NCBI RefSeq assembly: GCF_963853765.1
Contig: NC_088858.1
Span: forward strand, 39,866,001-39,930,000
Reading direction: 5' to 3'
DNA from: Magallana gigas
Taxonomy: Eukaryota
Length of the DNA: 64,000 nt
Shown: positions 10,292-23,534 of the stretch, piece after piece
Numbering within the stretch: position 1 is the first letter of the stretch
Layout of the letters: each line of letters opens with the position of its first letter
The notes under the pieces: generated by a model
What the model was told of the DNA's origin: nothing
What the model saw: the letters and a program-made list of their open reading frames with translations, nothing else
Database searches by the model: none
Position numbers and translations under genes: made by a program

Positions 10292-13000
10292 GTAAGTGAT
10301 TTTTCTCATTGTGTGTTCTAAATTTTAACGAAATGTTGAAAGGGTCATCAATGCAAAGATAAATTACTAGATGATACTAAAACATTAGATAAATAATCTG
10401 ACCTTAAAGAGCATTTTGCATCATAATTCCAAATAATGTTCAGAAAGTTAAGCTAACTCTTGTTCTGTACAAGTTTTTAGCGTTCATGTTAATGGGTCTT
10501 AATGTATTTACGAACTTAAAAGTCTGCTCCCTTCGTACACTTCGACGGTAGCTTGATTAAACATCTCATGTTTCTGAAATCTATAAAAAGACACCCGCGA
10601 CAAAAAACGGATTAAAACCAAGTATATGAATTTATTTTAATGATATGTAAATTATCCTCTGGTACAAATCCTGCATGAAGTGGGTAAGTATGTTTGCCTA
10701 TCATTTAGTGCTGGATTCTCCAAGTCTAAAAAGCCAAACTACACTTATACTGTAATACTTAGTGTTAGTCAACCTCGTGCTGTTTCTTTATTTAACGATC
10801 CCGCGTATTTGTACACAATTACTGACAAATTATTTACACCTGTGCTATTTGTATTCGACTTATTAAACACCGTAAGGCTTTATAGCATTCAGAATTGTTT
10901 TTATAACTCTTATTTGAATCTTCGGATTGTAAATATAACTTTACCCGACATATATCGAGTTTTATCAGCTTTTTATTGTGTATTGAAAATATAAAAAAAA
11001 TTAACGGAAGAGAGTACTGAATCTCAAGGTCTTTAGCTTATACTTGTGCATGACCCCCCCCCCCCCCCCCAATTTGTTTTTCTTAAAACAACGTCGCGGA
11101 TTATACAGTAGAAGCATTTTGGCCAAGTATGAATAAGTAAGGTTTATCATGTCCCATAGAGCTGTTTCTAGACAGTGTACATGTATTATAAATGCATGAT
11201 AGACAGGTGAGATTTTTAAATTCGATGAATTTCCAACGAGCACATTAATTATTGTGATTCCTTGGTAGGAGGCCCACGCATTTAATGAAGAAGAAAAATG
11301 AAAAGAAATTTATATGGTTTTTTATAGAGAATCAGTGCAAGATTTAAAGTGAAGAAATGATGATGAATTTGTTGTTCGTGCATACAAAATATGCGGTTCG
11401 GGTCCAACACCATAAACTGAGAATGAACTTCTTCAATTGAAATTAAAACTTTCAATAATTAGATGAAATTCCCGCTGTGCGATTTTAGGTCTTAATACTA
11501 ATGTCATTGTTCTAGTCAAAATACTAAAGAATGGGATTAGTCTTTTATTAAAATTATTTATCTATAGTAATTCAAAAAAATCCCAATCATATTTTGGTCT
11601 TTCATTTTAAGTATGATCTTAGTTTTTGACCTCAAAGCCAAATCCAAATAATTACATCATAAGTATGCAATTTCATGCAATGATTTGAGAATGCGCTGAT
11701 ATACCAGGTATTTTCGAAGCGGATTACAGTTTAATTTCTCCATTCATTTATCTAAGACATTTATTAAATAAAGTATGTTAAAGGTACTTTTATATTACTC
11801 ATATGCAAGAAAATAGGGGTAGAGAGCATATTTACCAAAACAATGGATATTTTGATAGTCATACATGATGTTAAGGACAGCAGACTTACTCCTGCATTTT
11901 AGAATAAGAAGACTGTTTTTATATGTTTTAACTTGTACTATTGTTTATTTTCTAAATTTCTCTGTATTTGGCTTTTCCCCGTACATTAGCTAGAGATTTA
12001 CATTCTAAGTTATAGTTGAATTTGTCGGCTAGTTCACCAGTATTAAATACAGTGTATTACATAGTGTGTTACATCAATCAGTTGAATCTACCTGTTAAGA
12101 GGGTTCGATAGACGTGGCCATTTTTAGACCGTGTTATTCTCCTTTAAGAGAAGAGCTCTACATAAAAATACAGGAAAATACCCAAATTTAACAATTAAAA
12201 TTTACGGAAGTTTTCATTGGTTAATAATAGTTTATAGGTAAACAAACCATGAAATCCTAAAATTTTAGATAGCCCTGACGGTTACTTTGTTGACCACTGA
12301 GAGCCTCTTTAATATGGTCAAATGTTGTTTAATATTCTAAATTTAACAAGGGGTTACCGATGCCGCTTGCTTATTCCATATTCTTTCCTAAACACAGGTG
12401 TACAGAGATAATCTTTCCTATAAATTCCACCGGCGAACACCCGTTGTCCCTTCAATCAAGTGAGACTTTTGTATGGAATCGAAGAGTATATCTTTCAATA
12501 CTCGAAATCAATCTCCGGCTTGTCTGAGGAATCTTTTCAGTTTAAACACAAGGCAAGTCGAGGGTCCTCTTAACGCGTTGACAGCTTTCTGTAAGATTGT
12601 GTTTTTATGTTCGAACACATTTGATGCTTTTAGTGAACTTAACCATCTCACTCACTCACGTCAAAGTAGGCCTGAAAGGCCGACTCCATTGATTCGGATT
12701 CGTCTGTGCTTTCGATAGACAAAAATCCCACCTTCTCATTCAAGTTTTATACCTAGTACTTTATCCCTGTTTCTTCTTAAAGTCACTTTGATCCTATATA
12801 ATGCAAAAATTTGGTTTTATCTCGTATACAAAATCGCCTACATTGTATACTGACAACGATTAAGATATAATTGTATTCATAAGTCGCGTAATTTCAAAGA
12901 ATGAAATGAAGTAGATATTTAACAATTAGAAAATATATCAGTATTTGAAGAGTATTGAATCAATAAAATTAATTAAGAATATTCTATCTTATATTGTGTA

Positions 13001-13005
<5 letters not shown>

Positions 13006-13076
<71 letters not shown>
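13006..13076. repeat. (CT)n microsatellite
   Basis: Uninterrupted CT run of about 70 bp. Confidence 0.98.
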
Positions 13077-13079
<3 letters not shown>

Positions 13080-13682
13080 GGCATCAATAATTCAGTGTTA
13101 CTACAAAGGTAATTTCGTTTATTTTAATCTCGAATCTCCAAAATAAAAGAAGATTCTTAATTAAAAGACGACGAAAAAATAAATTAACCGAAGAGATTTG
13201 CGCTAATTACCCCACTTAATCATTTCTACCAAAAAAAATTAATTACGTAAGAGGGAACCGTGTTCTTTAACCCGAAAGGGGGCTTATTCTTCAGAAGTAC
13301 ACTGTACAAAGAAATAAGACCCCCAGTCAAGTATTATATTAAACATGCAAAGACATTTCCTTCATCACTCTGACATGCATCCAATGGAAGGCTGGATACG
13401 ACCTTGTAAGATATAAATGAACATTTAAAATTCAGGAAATAGAATACCAAGTTTTGTCAGATCTGAATGGAGCCATTTCGTGATCTTTATTTATCTTAGA
13501 TAATCAAACCTGCCTATTGTTATCATTAAGCTTAAACAGAAATATACATTATTTCATTTCAGATTAGTTTGTCGCAGTGTTGTTACAGAAGTTAGAAGAG
13601 CGTTCCATTAATCAAAACATGGCCCTGGGAACACAGGGGAGATGTCATATACAGGACTTGGGCACGACTTGAGTTGTTGACC

Positions 13683-14915
13683 ATGTCTTCTTCGTCCAGT
13701 TCAAGTAGCTCTGGAATTTTTCAAACGGAAAACCGTGCCACAACTCAGATTTCACGTTTAAAACAAGAGTACGATCGACGACTTCTGCATTACGAAAAAG
13801 AATTCGATGTGTCTCTTTCTAGGATGGTGAATCGCGAACGAGGACTGAAGGAGTCCATGTTGGCCTACACAGAACGTATGCGCAAGATTACGAACACCAA
13901 ACATAGTATGGATGGAATGTTGGCTCAGGAGTCATCGCCATTATACGTCAGAGCCAAACACATTCCAAAGTTCCCTGTCACAAAAAATAAGACAAGAAGA
14001 CCGGCATCTTTTGACGAACTCATTGGGAAAAATGCAAATTCAAACTCAAATAAACCGAGGAGAGAAAAACCGAAGTCGGCTTCGAGACTTTCGCTTCCGT
14101 TGCTACCGGACCGCTACAAAAAGAATTCCCATAACGTGAAAATAAGTTTCGTCAGTGCTTCTGATTTGTACGATATAGTGGATTTCAGTATACGAAATAA
14201 AGGAAACAAAGAGGAAACTCTAAGATATTTGGGTATGGAAAGTTCAAACAGTCAGTCTTCGCCATCGCCTACCGACCGCCCCGCGGCAGGCGGGGGAAAC
14301 CGGAAGACGTCAAGGAACGGAAGTAAACTTGCCAGTTTATCCCCGACACCCCAAAACAACAAAGGATTCAGTGCTCTGCCGACTCTACCGCCGATTGAAA
14401 GCGCTGAGAAAGACAGTAACGATGAAGCTGACAATTCGGACACTGATAGTGACAGTCTAGACTTGAATAAAGCAAGTGTGGAAGCTTTCAAAAGGAGACC
14501 GAACCGTGCTAAACGAATGCAGATCAATAAACCGGGTCTTGATGACATCCCAGAAAATGACGTCACTTCTCAAAAGAGATCAGCAAAAAGTGAAAGAACG
14601 TTGCCATCTCCACCCCCGAAGCATTCCCCGAGAAATGTGATCAATATGCAATCTCATCTTATGTCCATTCCGGAACACGATGCGTCGGGCGATGAACTAA
14701 TGGCCCCCGACAGGAAGAGAATGGGTAGACTTAGCCGCCGTGAGATTGGAGGACAGAATTCGATTCGGCTTGAACCTTTCTCTGTGTCTGAAAGGAGCAC
14801 GGTCAAAGAACAGGAAGAAACAGACCAGCATTTAAAAATGAAATTGAAAGCGCAGAAACGTTTTAAAAAGTTGATCTTTCTTCGGGATGTTCCGGAGAGG
14901 CATCATCGATTTTGA
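13683..14915 (+). CDS. Uncharacterised 410-aa protein: N-terminal predicted coiled coil, long Ser/Pro/Lys-rich disordered region, basic C-terminal helix
   Basis: Long open frame with GC well above the flanks. First in-frame ATG at 13683 (accATGT), downstream of a splice acceptor at ~13562. No recognisable domain. Confidence 0.85.
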   Translation: MSSSSSSSSSGIFQTENRATTQISRLKQEYDRRLLHYEKEFDVSLSRMVNRERGLKESMLAYTERMRKITNTKHSMDGMLAQESSPLYVRAKHIPKFPVTKNKTRRPASFDELIGKNANSNSNKPRREKPKSASRLSLPLLPDRYKKNSHNVKISFVSASDLYDIVDFSIRNKGNKEETLRYLGMESSNSQSSPSPTDRPAAGGGNRKTSRNGSKLASLSPTPQNNKGFSALPTLPPIESAEKDSNDEADNSDTDSDSLDLNKASVEAFKRRPNRAKRMQINKPGLDDIPENDVTSQKRSAKSERTLPSPPPKHSPRNVINMQSHLMSIPEHDASGDELMAPDRKRMGRLSRREIGGQNSIRLEPFSVSERSTVKEQEETDQHLKMKLKAQKRFKKLIFLRDVPERHHRF

Positions 14916-17900
14916 CACCTTTTATGATCTTTAATATACCGTTATTTAATTTTGTTAAATCATTAAAAATCGTTATATATTGTCCGTTAGAGATTGTTAT
15001 CTTTGCACGGGTTTTCTTGTAAATATTTGTTTGACTACACCAGCTCCGCCAACCAAACCAAACACCCTGTGAGATCGACGTTTGGAGATATGCACTAAAG
15101 TGCACTCTACGATGTCCCGCCATAGCTCTGCGGGCAGTTTCAACTTTTGATAACATCGCACAATTAGGGGGTCATAGTCGTAGTAACGAGATTATATGCA
15201 TTATTTGACAAAAAGTAGCGTCGATTTATCTTGACGAGTCTGCATGTTTAGCAGCGTAGCGTGCAGAAATGTTCACCCGATGTATTGGGGTGCGCTACTC
15301 GGGTGTTATCTCGACAATTAACCGGCTGATGAATTTCCTCGTTCGTCTAACCAAATCAATTTTAATTTCACTTTTATTACGCAGAAGTCGGGTACTATTC
15401 TTCTCATTTAGGCTGTTTTGCACGGTGCTAAATGAAATTCCAATTTCCAATTACCTTTTCAGATATCGCAAAGAATTCAATACAGTGGCGAACTTTCTCA
15501 GATCATTCCGATATTTAAAACTTACCTTGCTCTATACATTAAAAAGAGGTTTTTTTTCTTGAGCAAGTTCAGAGAGTAGCTCGTTATCTTTAAAAATGCA
15601 CGAAAATTTATGTTTGTATATAGTTTGAAGCCTTTATTGAATAAAGTGTTAATATACATGTATATATCCCCAAATATTTCAGCAGTAGGGACATCTGGTA
15701 TCAAACGGGTTTATATTTACGACCTTTAGTATAGATGATATATTTGATTGTTCTTAGTAAAAAAGCACTTTCGAACAAATAATGATAAACCCTACAATTG
15801 CTGAAAAGAAGGGATTAAGACTTATAAAGGGCGGGTCTAAAAAGATCTTGTCTGAAATCTTAAAGATTAGAAATGAAAGAGTTTCTATATACAAATTGAA
15901 ATCTAATTCGATCAGATTTCGACTGTTATCCTGCATTGGTCCACTTTATTTTCTAATCATTTTATTGTCATCGCATTATTTCCTCATATCAGTCCCAAGT
16001 TTGTAGGGATTTCTTGAAGAAAACTATCAATCACTACACGTATCTCCATCTTTTATTGTGATGTCAACAACTCTCAAGATTACGTAATCCCTGCCACAAA
16101 ACTCTTCTATCGAGTTATTATTTCCTTTTTTCATTGATGTCTAATCTAACTGACATTCGAATCGACAAAAACGTTTCTTAATTCCTTGCAAATGAGCCCC
16201 GAAAGTAAACTGGCATTTCCGTTGGAGTTCTGTAAATACGTTTTATTGGACGTTTTCAATGCAACAATTTAATGTAATGCATTAGTTATTCTCCTGCATT
16301 ATATCTGTAAACATTCGTGCAAGCCTTTGATATCAGCGGGATATCAGCCAGATAAGACTCCTTAGATTACTCATATCCGACATTATGCCTCTATTTTTAA
16401 AGGGTTAGATCACTGTCAAATTATATAATAATAAGTCGGAAAGGTAGAATCTATCGAAACCAAGTGCAATCGAAATGTACTGTTCTACATCAAGTATTTG
16501 GCATAAATTTTAAAATATTTTCGATTATAACATTTGGTATTTGAAAAACATTGCTTTATATATTCCTTGTTCACAGACAATCAGTATACATGTTCTGCTT
16601 CCAAACGATAAATATTGAAGTTGGCTTCTGGTACTTACTTCCTGTGACGTCTTGTTGAATTGATAGCTACCTTTCTTTTGTTTATCTTTTCCGCAATGTT
16701 TCATCATCTCAGAAGCATAAAATACATAAGTGACTTAAAGTAAATATTTCTTTTGATATAAAAAAAAAATCAATCAATTGAACCTTATCACCTACTGTAA
16801 AGTTTATACACCAGTGCTTTTAGAATATTGGAGGATTTTGGTCAATGTCAGAACTGTTCAACCTTTCTAAAACGCACTGTGAATCAGTACTGGAGTATAT
16901 CGTTTTAATTTTAGCGTGACCTTGAAAATCAAACAGAGTGATATACGTTGGGTACGCCTCATTCATGTAATATTCATTGCAATTTGTATTCTGGTCGCTG
17001 TGTCTAATGATCTACAAACTAATTGCAGCAATTACTAACACTCATTATTTTTTCCTAAAAGTAAAGAATCTTTGTTGTTGATGGCTTATCATTTAAATTT
17101 TTTTAACGAACAGAACCTTTTAAAAATTGGAAATCTCATTACCTGGTAGTTAAAAAATATCCATTTTGTAAAACCAGGTCAATATATTTTAGCAGTGGCA
17201 ATCTTCGTTTAAAACTTGTTTAAATCCAAAATCAAAAAACTAAATAACAAATTCAAAATACACACACCAATAGATTTATTGCTTCACGGCTGTTTATTTA
17301 AAGGTAACAGGTTGATACTATAGAGCGTGTGTTTCAGTAGACCCGTTACTTCTTAGAATCAGCATAGGAATCCATAGTAAAGCAAATCAAGGAATGAGCC
17401 AACTGAAAGGAAATGTAAATGCAAAATTTGTCAGATTTAAAGATGTTGGCAGAGGAAGGCTCGTGTGATGCGTAACAAACTTAGGCTAAAAAGATTTTAT
17501 TTAAAGGTTTCTGGACACGATTTTTAAATGAAAATTTTATTTTTGATTTTTATGTATAAAATGCTTTACTTGTGTACAAATGCATTTTGGATGATACACC
17601 AAAATCTGAATGTTAAAAATCAAGTTACAAGCGAGATACAGAGGAAAAGTCGTTGTAATGCAAACAACGCTCGAGTCTTATATTTGTTTACAAATAGTGT
17701 AAAGTAAAAAAAAAATACCATTTTTGACAAAATAACTCTTGGCAAACACGACAAATGAATTAAATGTGTTCATAAGTAATCAACTGTTACAACAAAAAGC
17801 AACATTATATTGAAACTTCTACCAATACAACACGTACATGTACATTGTATGTTAACAATAACAGGACTCGATCTTTGTTTACCAAAAAAAAAAGAATTCT

Positions 17901-19334
17901 AATTCCTGTTACTCGCTAGTAGCTCGATATTTGACTTTCTAATTTAAATATCTTAGAACTATTTCGTAATATAATAATATGATACAATAATTTATATGTT
18001 TATGTCTAAAATGATATACATTGTTTAAAAATAGGTTGCAAATGGTCTTCGATATATTTTTAGTCGCAATGTAGTTTCAATTTACAGCAAAGTGCTTCAG
18101 TGCAAATGCGAAAGAAACACGATTCCCTCACAAGACAAGTTTAGCTTTTTAAAAAAGCTTACCGTCTTTAGAGCAAACTCTTAACAGCAATAAGATATCA
18201 AAGACAATTTAATTATTTTTATATGAATGTCGCCTTCTTCTCCATGCAATAGCGTGCCTAACTTTTTTAAAAATATGTGCCTTTAAAGCGTGCGTGCTTA
18301 AAATTAAAAATTATTTACAGCGTGTTATCTATTTGAAATCGACTGTAGCAGGTAAAAAGAGTTCTTAGGAAGGGTTGTATCACTGTAGTAAAATCAAAGT
18401 TAATACAACTGCATTCAGTATCATTCAATTTTACTGATATTAGTTTCACCGTTTCTAATATGCAAACTTGTTTACTGATATTAGCCATACCTAATGAAAT
18501 TCCATTGGTATTTGTATAATCAAAACAAAAAGAAAAGAACAAATTATTTCAAGAAATGTTACAGAATATTGCTTTTAACTAGTTAACGGAAAAATGAATG
18601 CCTGAATTTCACTTAGAGCCATTTTTATTGTTCTTTCGTTTTCTCACTTTTTAAGATTTGAAATCTACGAAAAATTTTAAGTTGTACGTAAAAACAACCA
18701 TCAGAAAAATTATCTCCCTTGTGCCGAACAGTATATCAACCAATGAAATGATTGTAAATTTTCACATCATGTATTTTCTACCAATCACAAAGGAGAGGAA
18801 GTGCACAGCCCGGAGACTGTAAATTATTTCAACTCTTTATACCGTCTTCCTTGGAAGACGGTAATTAGGTGCTCGGGCTGTAAAACTTTTTAATGTTAAG
18901 AGGAATATCCCGATCCTGTTTTTCATGACAAAGTCTCTGGTTATTGAATTTTTTATCATTCTAACCTTCGTCTTGTTTTTCTAATTTTCAAAATTAGATA
19001 TTGTTCGTTCACAAAAATATATACAAGGTTAATGCTGTAAATTAGTGAAGAACATCAAAATGCATCGACGCTTTTGATTTTCAGTGCAAACCTATTCTTT
19101 CGAATATTAGTTTCCTTGATAGATAACTTAATCAATACTTCATTTACTATCTAAGTTCCATTCTCTTTGAAAACAATTTTTAAAAACCCATTGGAAGGAA
19201 ATTTATAGATTAAATAATTTAATGGAATTTTATCCGACCACAGATTTAACCCCAATTTTTAACAAAGAAGACTTGATATAGCTGAACGTTCATAGATTTG
19301 TTTCTCTCTGGATATTTTACTTCTTATGTATTTA

Positions 19335-19809
19335 AGGGGCATGGTCTTAATTTTATTGTTTGCAATACTTTAATTAGTATATGTAATGCATTTATGATAA
19401 ATAATCAACCAAAATTCGCGTGTCGGTCGTAGAGTTATAAAAAAGATACAGAGCTCACAATATTTTGTTATGTAACATGACTCGTGCCATATTTTTGTTT
19501 ATATCGGCTCAATATATTGGTAAGAGTTCTTTTTCAAGCTGATTTTTCTATCTGAGAATTCGCTATGAACAAAAATAAACATTCCTTTTAGGTCTAAATC
19601 TAGAATTTTCTTGTCCACATTCAAAATGTAAACAAAAACATGACCCAAGTTTTGTTTACATAACAAAGGATTGTGAGCTCTGAATCTCGCTCATAACTCG
19701 ACGACTAGTTGTCGCTCAGATTATGGTTGACTATTTGGTTTCTTACTGAAACATTATTTAAACATTAAAAAAGAAATAAATTTTGACCAAAATCGTGACC
19801 AGGGCCCCT
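19335..19809. mobile_element. Second, more degenerate copy of the Kolobok-like MITE
   Basis: TTAAGGGGCATGGTC left end and GACCAAAATCGTGACCAGGGCCCCT right end; internal similarity to 1861-2335. Confidence 0.75.
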
Positions 19810-19902
19810 ATAATGAATATGATGATGATGAAGAAGTGGTTGAGAATTGGTCTATGATGATAACGGTAGCGGTGGTAGTAGTGATGATTGTGGCTGTGTG
19901 GT

Positions 19903-20643
19903 ACATTATATAAATAGTGCCTGTTTGGGAGGGTAACAGTTGAAATTGACACCCCGAGAAAACCATTGTCAACCGACGCGAAGCGGAGGTTGACAATGGT
20001 TTTCGAGGGGTGTCAATTTCAACTGTTATCCTCCCAAACAGGCACTATTTATTTTGTTATACTGAATGTCTTAATTTTTAAGAAAATTTTACTGCTTTTA
20101 TATAGGAATAACGTGAATTCTACAGCGAACCGTACGCGCATAATTTTCGCGCATGTAACAATTTTTATTGTTATACTTTCATGTTAAATACTGAAATCTG
20201 ATTGGTTTAGACGCAGTTCATAATCTATTCTATTACCCTCAGCGTTAGCAACGCACTTAACAACGGGTAACATAACAAATTGTTACATGCGCGAAAATCA
20301 TGCGCGTACGGTTCGCCCTAGAATTCACGTTCTTCCTATCTAAAAGCAGTAATGTTTTTTTTTTAAATTAAGACATTCAGTATAACAAAATAAATAGTGC
20401 CTGTTTGGGAGGATAACAGTTGAAATTGACACCCCTCGAAAACCATTGTCAACCTCCGCTTCGCGTCGGTTGACAATGGTTTTCTTGGGGTGTCAATTTC
20501 AACTGTTACCCTCCCAAACAGGCACTATTTATATAATGTTACCCGTTGCTAAGTGCGTTGCTAACGCTGAGGGTAATAGAACGGATTATGAACTGCGTCT
20601 TAGCCAATCAGATTTCAGTATTGAACATGAAAGTATAACAAAT
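19903..20643. mobile_element. Fold-back element with nested palindromes (possibly Crypton-type non-autonomous)
   Basis: Arms 19903-~20162 and ~20278-20538 are inverted repeats. Each contains a ~139-bp near-perfect hairpin (19912-20050, 20392-20530) centred on CGACGCGAAGCGGAGG. The spacer ~20163-20277 is repeated inverted at ~20537-20643. Family assignment is inference. Confidence 0.75.
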
Positions 20644-20644
20644 A

Positions 20645-20987
20645 GAGATTGTGATGGCGGTAGTGAATATATACAGTCATGATAATGATTGTATCGTGAT
20701 AATGATGATGAAAAAAGAAAATAATGATACATGATCATAGGGGTATTGGGGTAATGATGATGAGAGAGGTATCCATCATAAGTGATTATGGTGATATCGT
20801 GGTAATGATGACAGAGATAATCATGATACATAATAATGATGGCATCGTGATAATGAAAGAGTTGACGATTATTTGAATGATAATGGTGGTATCGTGGTAA
20901 TGATGATGAGAGAGGTAACCCTGATAATGGTTGTTGTAGATGATGACGATAATGATGATGATATAGATACAGAAGCAGATGCAAAAT

Positions 20988-21044
<57 letters not shown>

Positions 21045-21060
21045 CTACAATAATCAATAT
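20645..21060. repeat. Degenerate (GAT/GGT/AAT)n low-complexity tract ending in perfect (GAT)n at 20988-21044
   Basis: Direct reading. It explains the poly-His/poly-Met/poly-Ile ORFs. A similar tract at ~19815-19900 lies on the other side of the fold-back element. Confidence 0.9.
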
Positions 21061-21178
21061 GATAAAGTTCAAAATCCTCTTCCATTCAAATATGAAATTA
21101 ATACTGTCGATTTCTTAACTTTATCGATTTTTATGTGAGATAATATGTATACTGTATTGTTAACAGCTATCAAATTAA

Positions 21179-21496
21179 GGTGGTATGGGACACCTGTCGA
21201 TATTAATATGGCTAAAAGTGCATTATAATCAAAATGCTTTCATCGTTTTAGAATTTTCATATTTTATAATATTTGATTAAAAAAAATGTTTTAAAAATTC
21301 GGAAAATGTGTAAAAATTTATAAAAGCCTCAGAGGGATTCGAACTCATGACTTGCAGATTCTTAGTAAGCACTCCCGTTACACTATGCTGTTGTGTAACA
21401 ATTCTGTGTAAGAAAATATTTATAAAATTATACTTGATTTTATATAATTTATTTCGATAGGAAGTACGTCACAATATGGAGGTGACCCATACCACC
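21179..21496. mobile_element. TTAA-flanked MITE carrying a tRNA-like segment
   Basis: TIR GGTGGTATGGGACACC ... GGTGACCCATACCACC, with TTAA at 21175-21178 and 21497-21500. Confidence 0.8.
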
Positions 21497-23374
21497 TTAA
21501 AGTTGCGAGTAAAATATTTTGGTTTTGGGTTTGGGTTTGAAACAAACATGTTTTCGGGTGTCGTCGATTTACAAAAAGGAAGGCATTTTTCTTTAAGAAA
21601 ATCTGAAACTTAAATTATTTTGCATTCGTATATCTGAATATATATATTCTTTTCAAATCGATCTTTTGCCTCCTCTCTTAAAGGAATTGAAGGGGAATGA
21701 TGATAAATATCCGAAAATGGATGGTTTAGGGTAAATGGGTTGTCAAAATTATCGATAAGTTACCCTAAACAGGGTATTGAAATATTGATCTGACAAGTAA
21801 TTAATAAGGTTAGTCCAGACTGTAGTTCCCAAAATATCTTGTCATCGACGTTTTCTTTTGTCTTGGTCTTCCATTTTTTCCTTAACAAGATGCCTTTCAG
21901 ATATGTCACAAACCATGGCTCTAATAAGTCGTATTTTTTGTTGAAATTCCGATATCATTTTTTGTTGATTGATTTGATTTTCTTTGTAAACTATTGATTT
22001 AACTTTGCCAAGAGTACTAATTTGACACAAAACGTCAATGCTTCCTTCGCTATGATTGTTTTGTTAATTCAAATATAATTATATAATTTGATTCTGACGG
22101 AGTAAATTGATAAAGATGTCGGGAGGTGGTGGGGGCAAATCAAACATTCAACATTCATTAGTGACAGGAGGAGGGACGTGAATAATCTTGAATGTAGCAT
22201 GTTTGACAAACCTTAAGCATAGACTACTCAACCGCAAGCGATTGAGAGGAAAGAATTAGGTCTCTCGGTGTGACTAATGAAACCACAGATTTTTTTTTAA
22301 TGCATTCTAATTTTTAAAAAAATTCTTTCAGAGAATCATCAGTTCCAAGACTTTTTAGGCCACTTGGTACATGTACATAAAACATTGCTCCTAAAAAATA
22401 TCTAAATATCCTTTTGTTGTTGTTTTTGCTGTATATATGTCTTTGTAAAATACTGTACACTATGATTGATGGTCCAGATTATCAGAATCTCACAAACATC
22501 TTACATAACAAACTTTTAGATTTTAGTGTAATTTCAAAGAATACTGCGATCGCGCACTCGACACTAAGATACAATCAAAGACACAAATACTGCACACATT
22601 CTATATTTATTCTTTTTGTCTATGTACCATAATAAATGTTTATTTATATCTATTTTCAATTCTAATAAACATTTATCTAATTATCGTAAAAGTACAATTT
22701 TGCGTTGGAGTTTTCAATGTTTACAACCATTTATACCTACTTCAGATATCTCTGTTCTTGAAAAAAAAGATAGCATCTTTCTAAAAATATACCCAAAGAT
22801 TATAATGTTTTGTGTCAGTGTCCAAGAATGTTTGCATGCACTCCCGCGCAAAATGTGAAGCTTCCAATAGAATGTGAGCTGATACTTTCAAAGACAGACT
22901 GTCTATGACACAGCATGCAGCACTGATGGGGTGCCTTGATCCATGCCAGGCATACTATGTCACGTACACATAACACATTCTTATCATTTCAAGAAATCTA
23001 TTTGCAGTCTCTGATTCATCCTAAAATACTACTTGTTTACTACGAAACACAGCTTTTCAACCGAAGAATGTCATTATTTTTTTTCTTTATTTTTTGAGGC
23101 ATATTTTCCAGCTTCCGATAGATAATGTTACTCCATTCATAAAATATGTTTACTACGCCTAAACAAAAATTTCGAGAAGTTTTGAAACTTACGTAATTCA
23201 TTGAGATATGTTTAATCATACTTATCTTTTCTTCAAATGTGTTTTTATGTTAGCGTCGAATGCTCCCTTTTTGGTAAGAGACCCTTTGCAGTGCTTCCTT
23301 CCGCCATGTAAATTGTTGGGGAGGCAGGAAATTCCTTCTTGTTTGTGGGTGACAAAAAGTGACTAAACCTTCAG

Positions 23375-23386
23375 TATATATAAAAC
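23375..23386 (+). promoter_or_regulatory. TATA box of the vWA gene
   Basis: TATATATAAAAC about 25-30 bp upstream of an Inr-like TCAGAA (~23406) and ~150 bp upstream of the ATG. Confidence 0.6.
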
Positions 23387-23534
23387 ACAAGATACATCTC
23401 AGAAATCAGAACACTCGCAGACGACAGTTCAAAAAGAAACAAACAGCCAGAAAGAAAACTTACAGTCTGAAAGGAAACTAACAGTTCGAAAGGAAACATA
23501 CATCGGTTTTTGAAACTTACGTTATTTGACAACC

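Noticed and set aside
12510-12689. Possible antisense mini-gene MESAFQAYFD|KAVNALRG... (donor GTGAGT at 12659, acceptor at 12588)
   Set aside because: Weak polypyrimidine tract, 36-aa product with no features, and no independent support.
18840-18863. 11-bp-arm hairpin TACCGTCTTCC-TT-GGAAGACGGTA
   Set aside because: Too short to assign; likely the terminus of a decayed repeat. Rho-independent terminator logic does not apply to this genome.
20586-21118. ORFs with poly-His, poly-Ile and poly-Met
   Set aside because: Translations of the (GAT)n low-complexity tract in different frames; no splice or signal support.
21842-22030. 62-aa charged minus-strand ORF
   Set aside because: Non-ATG start, no convincing splice sites or domain.
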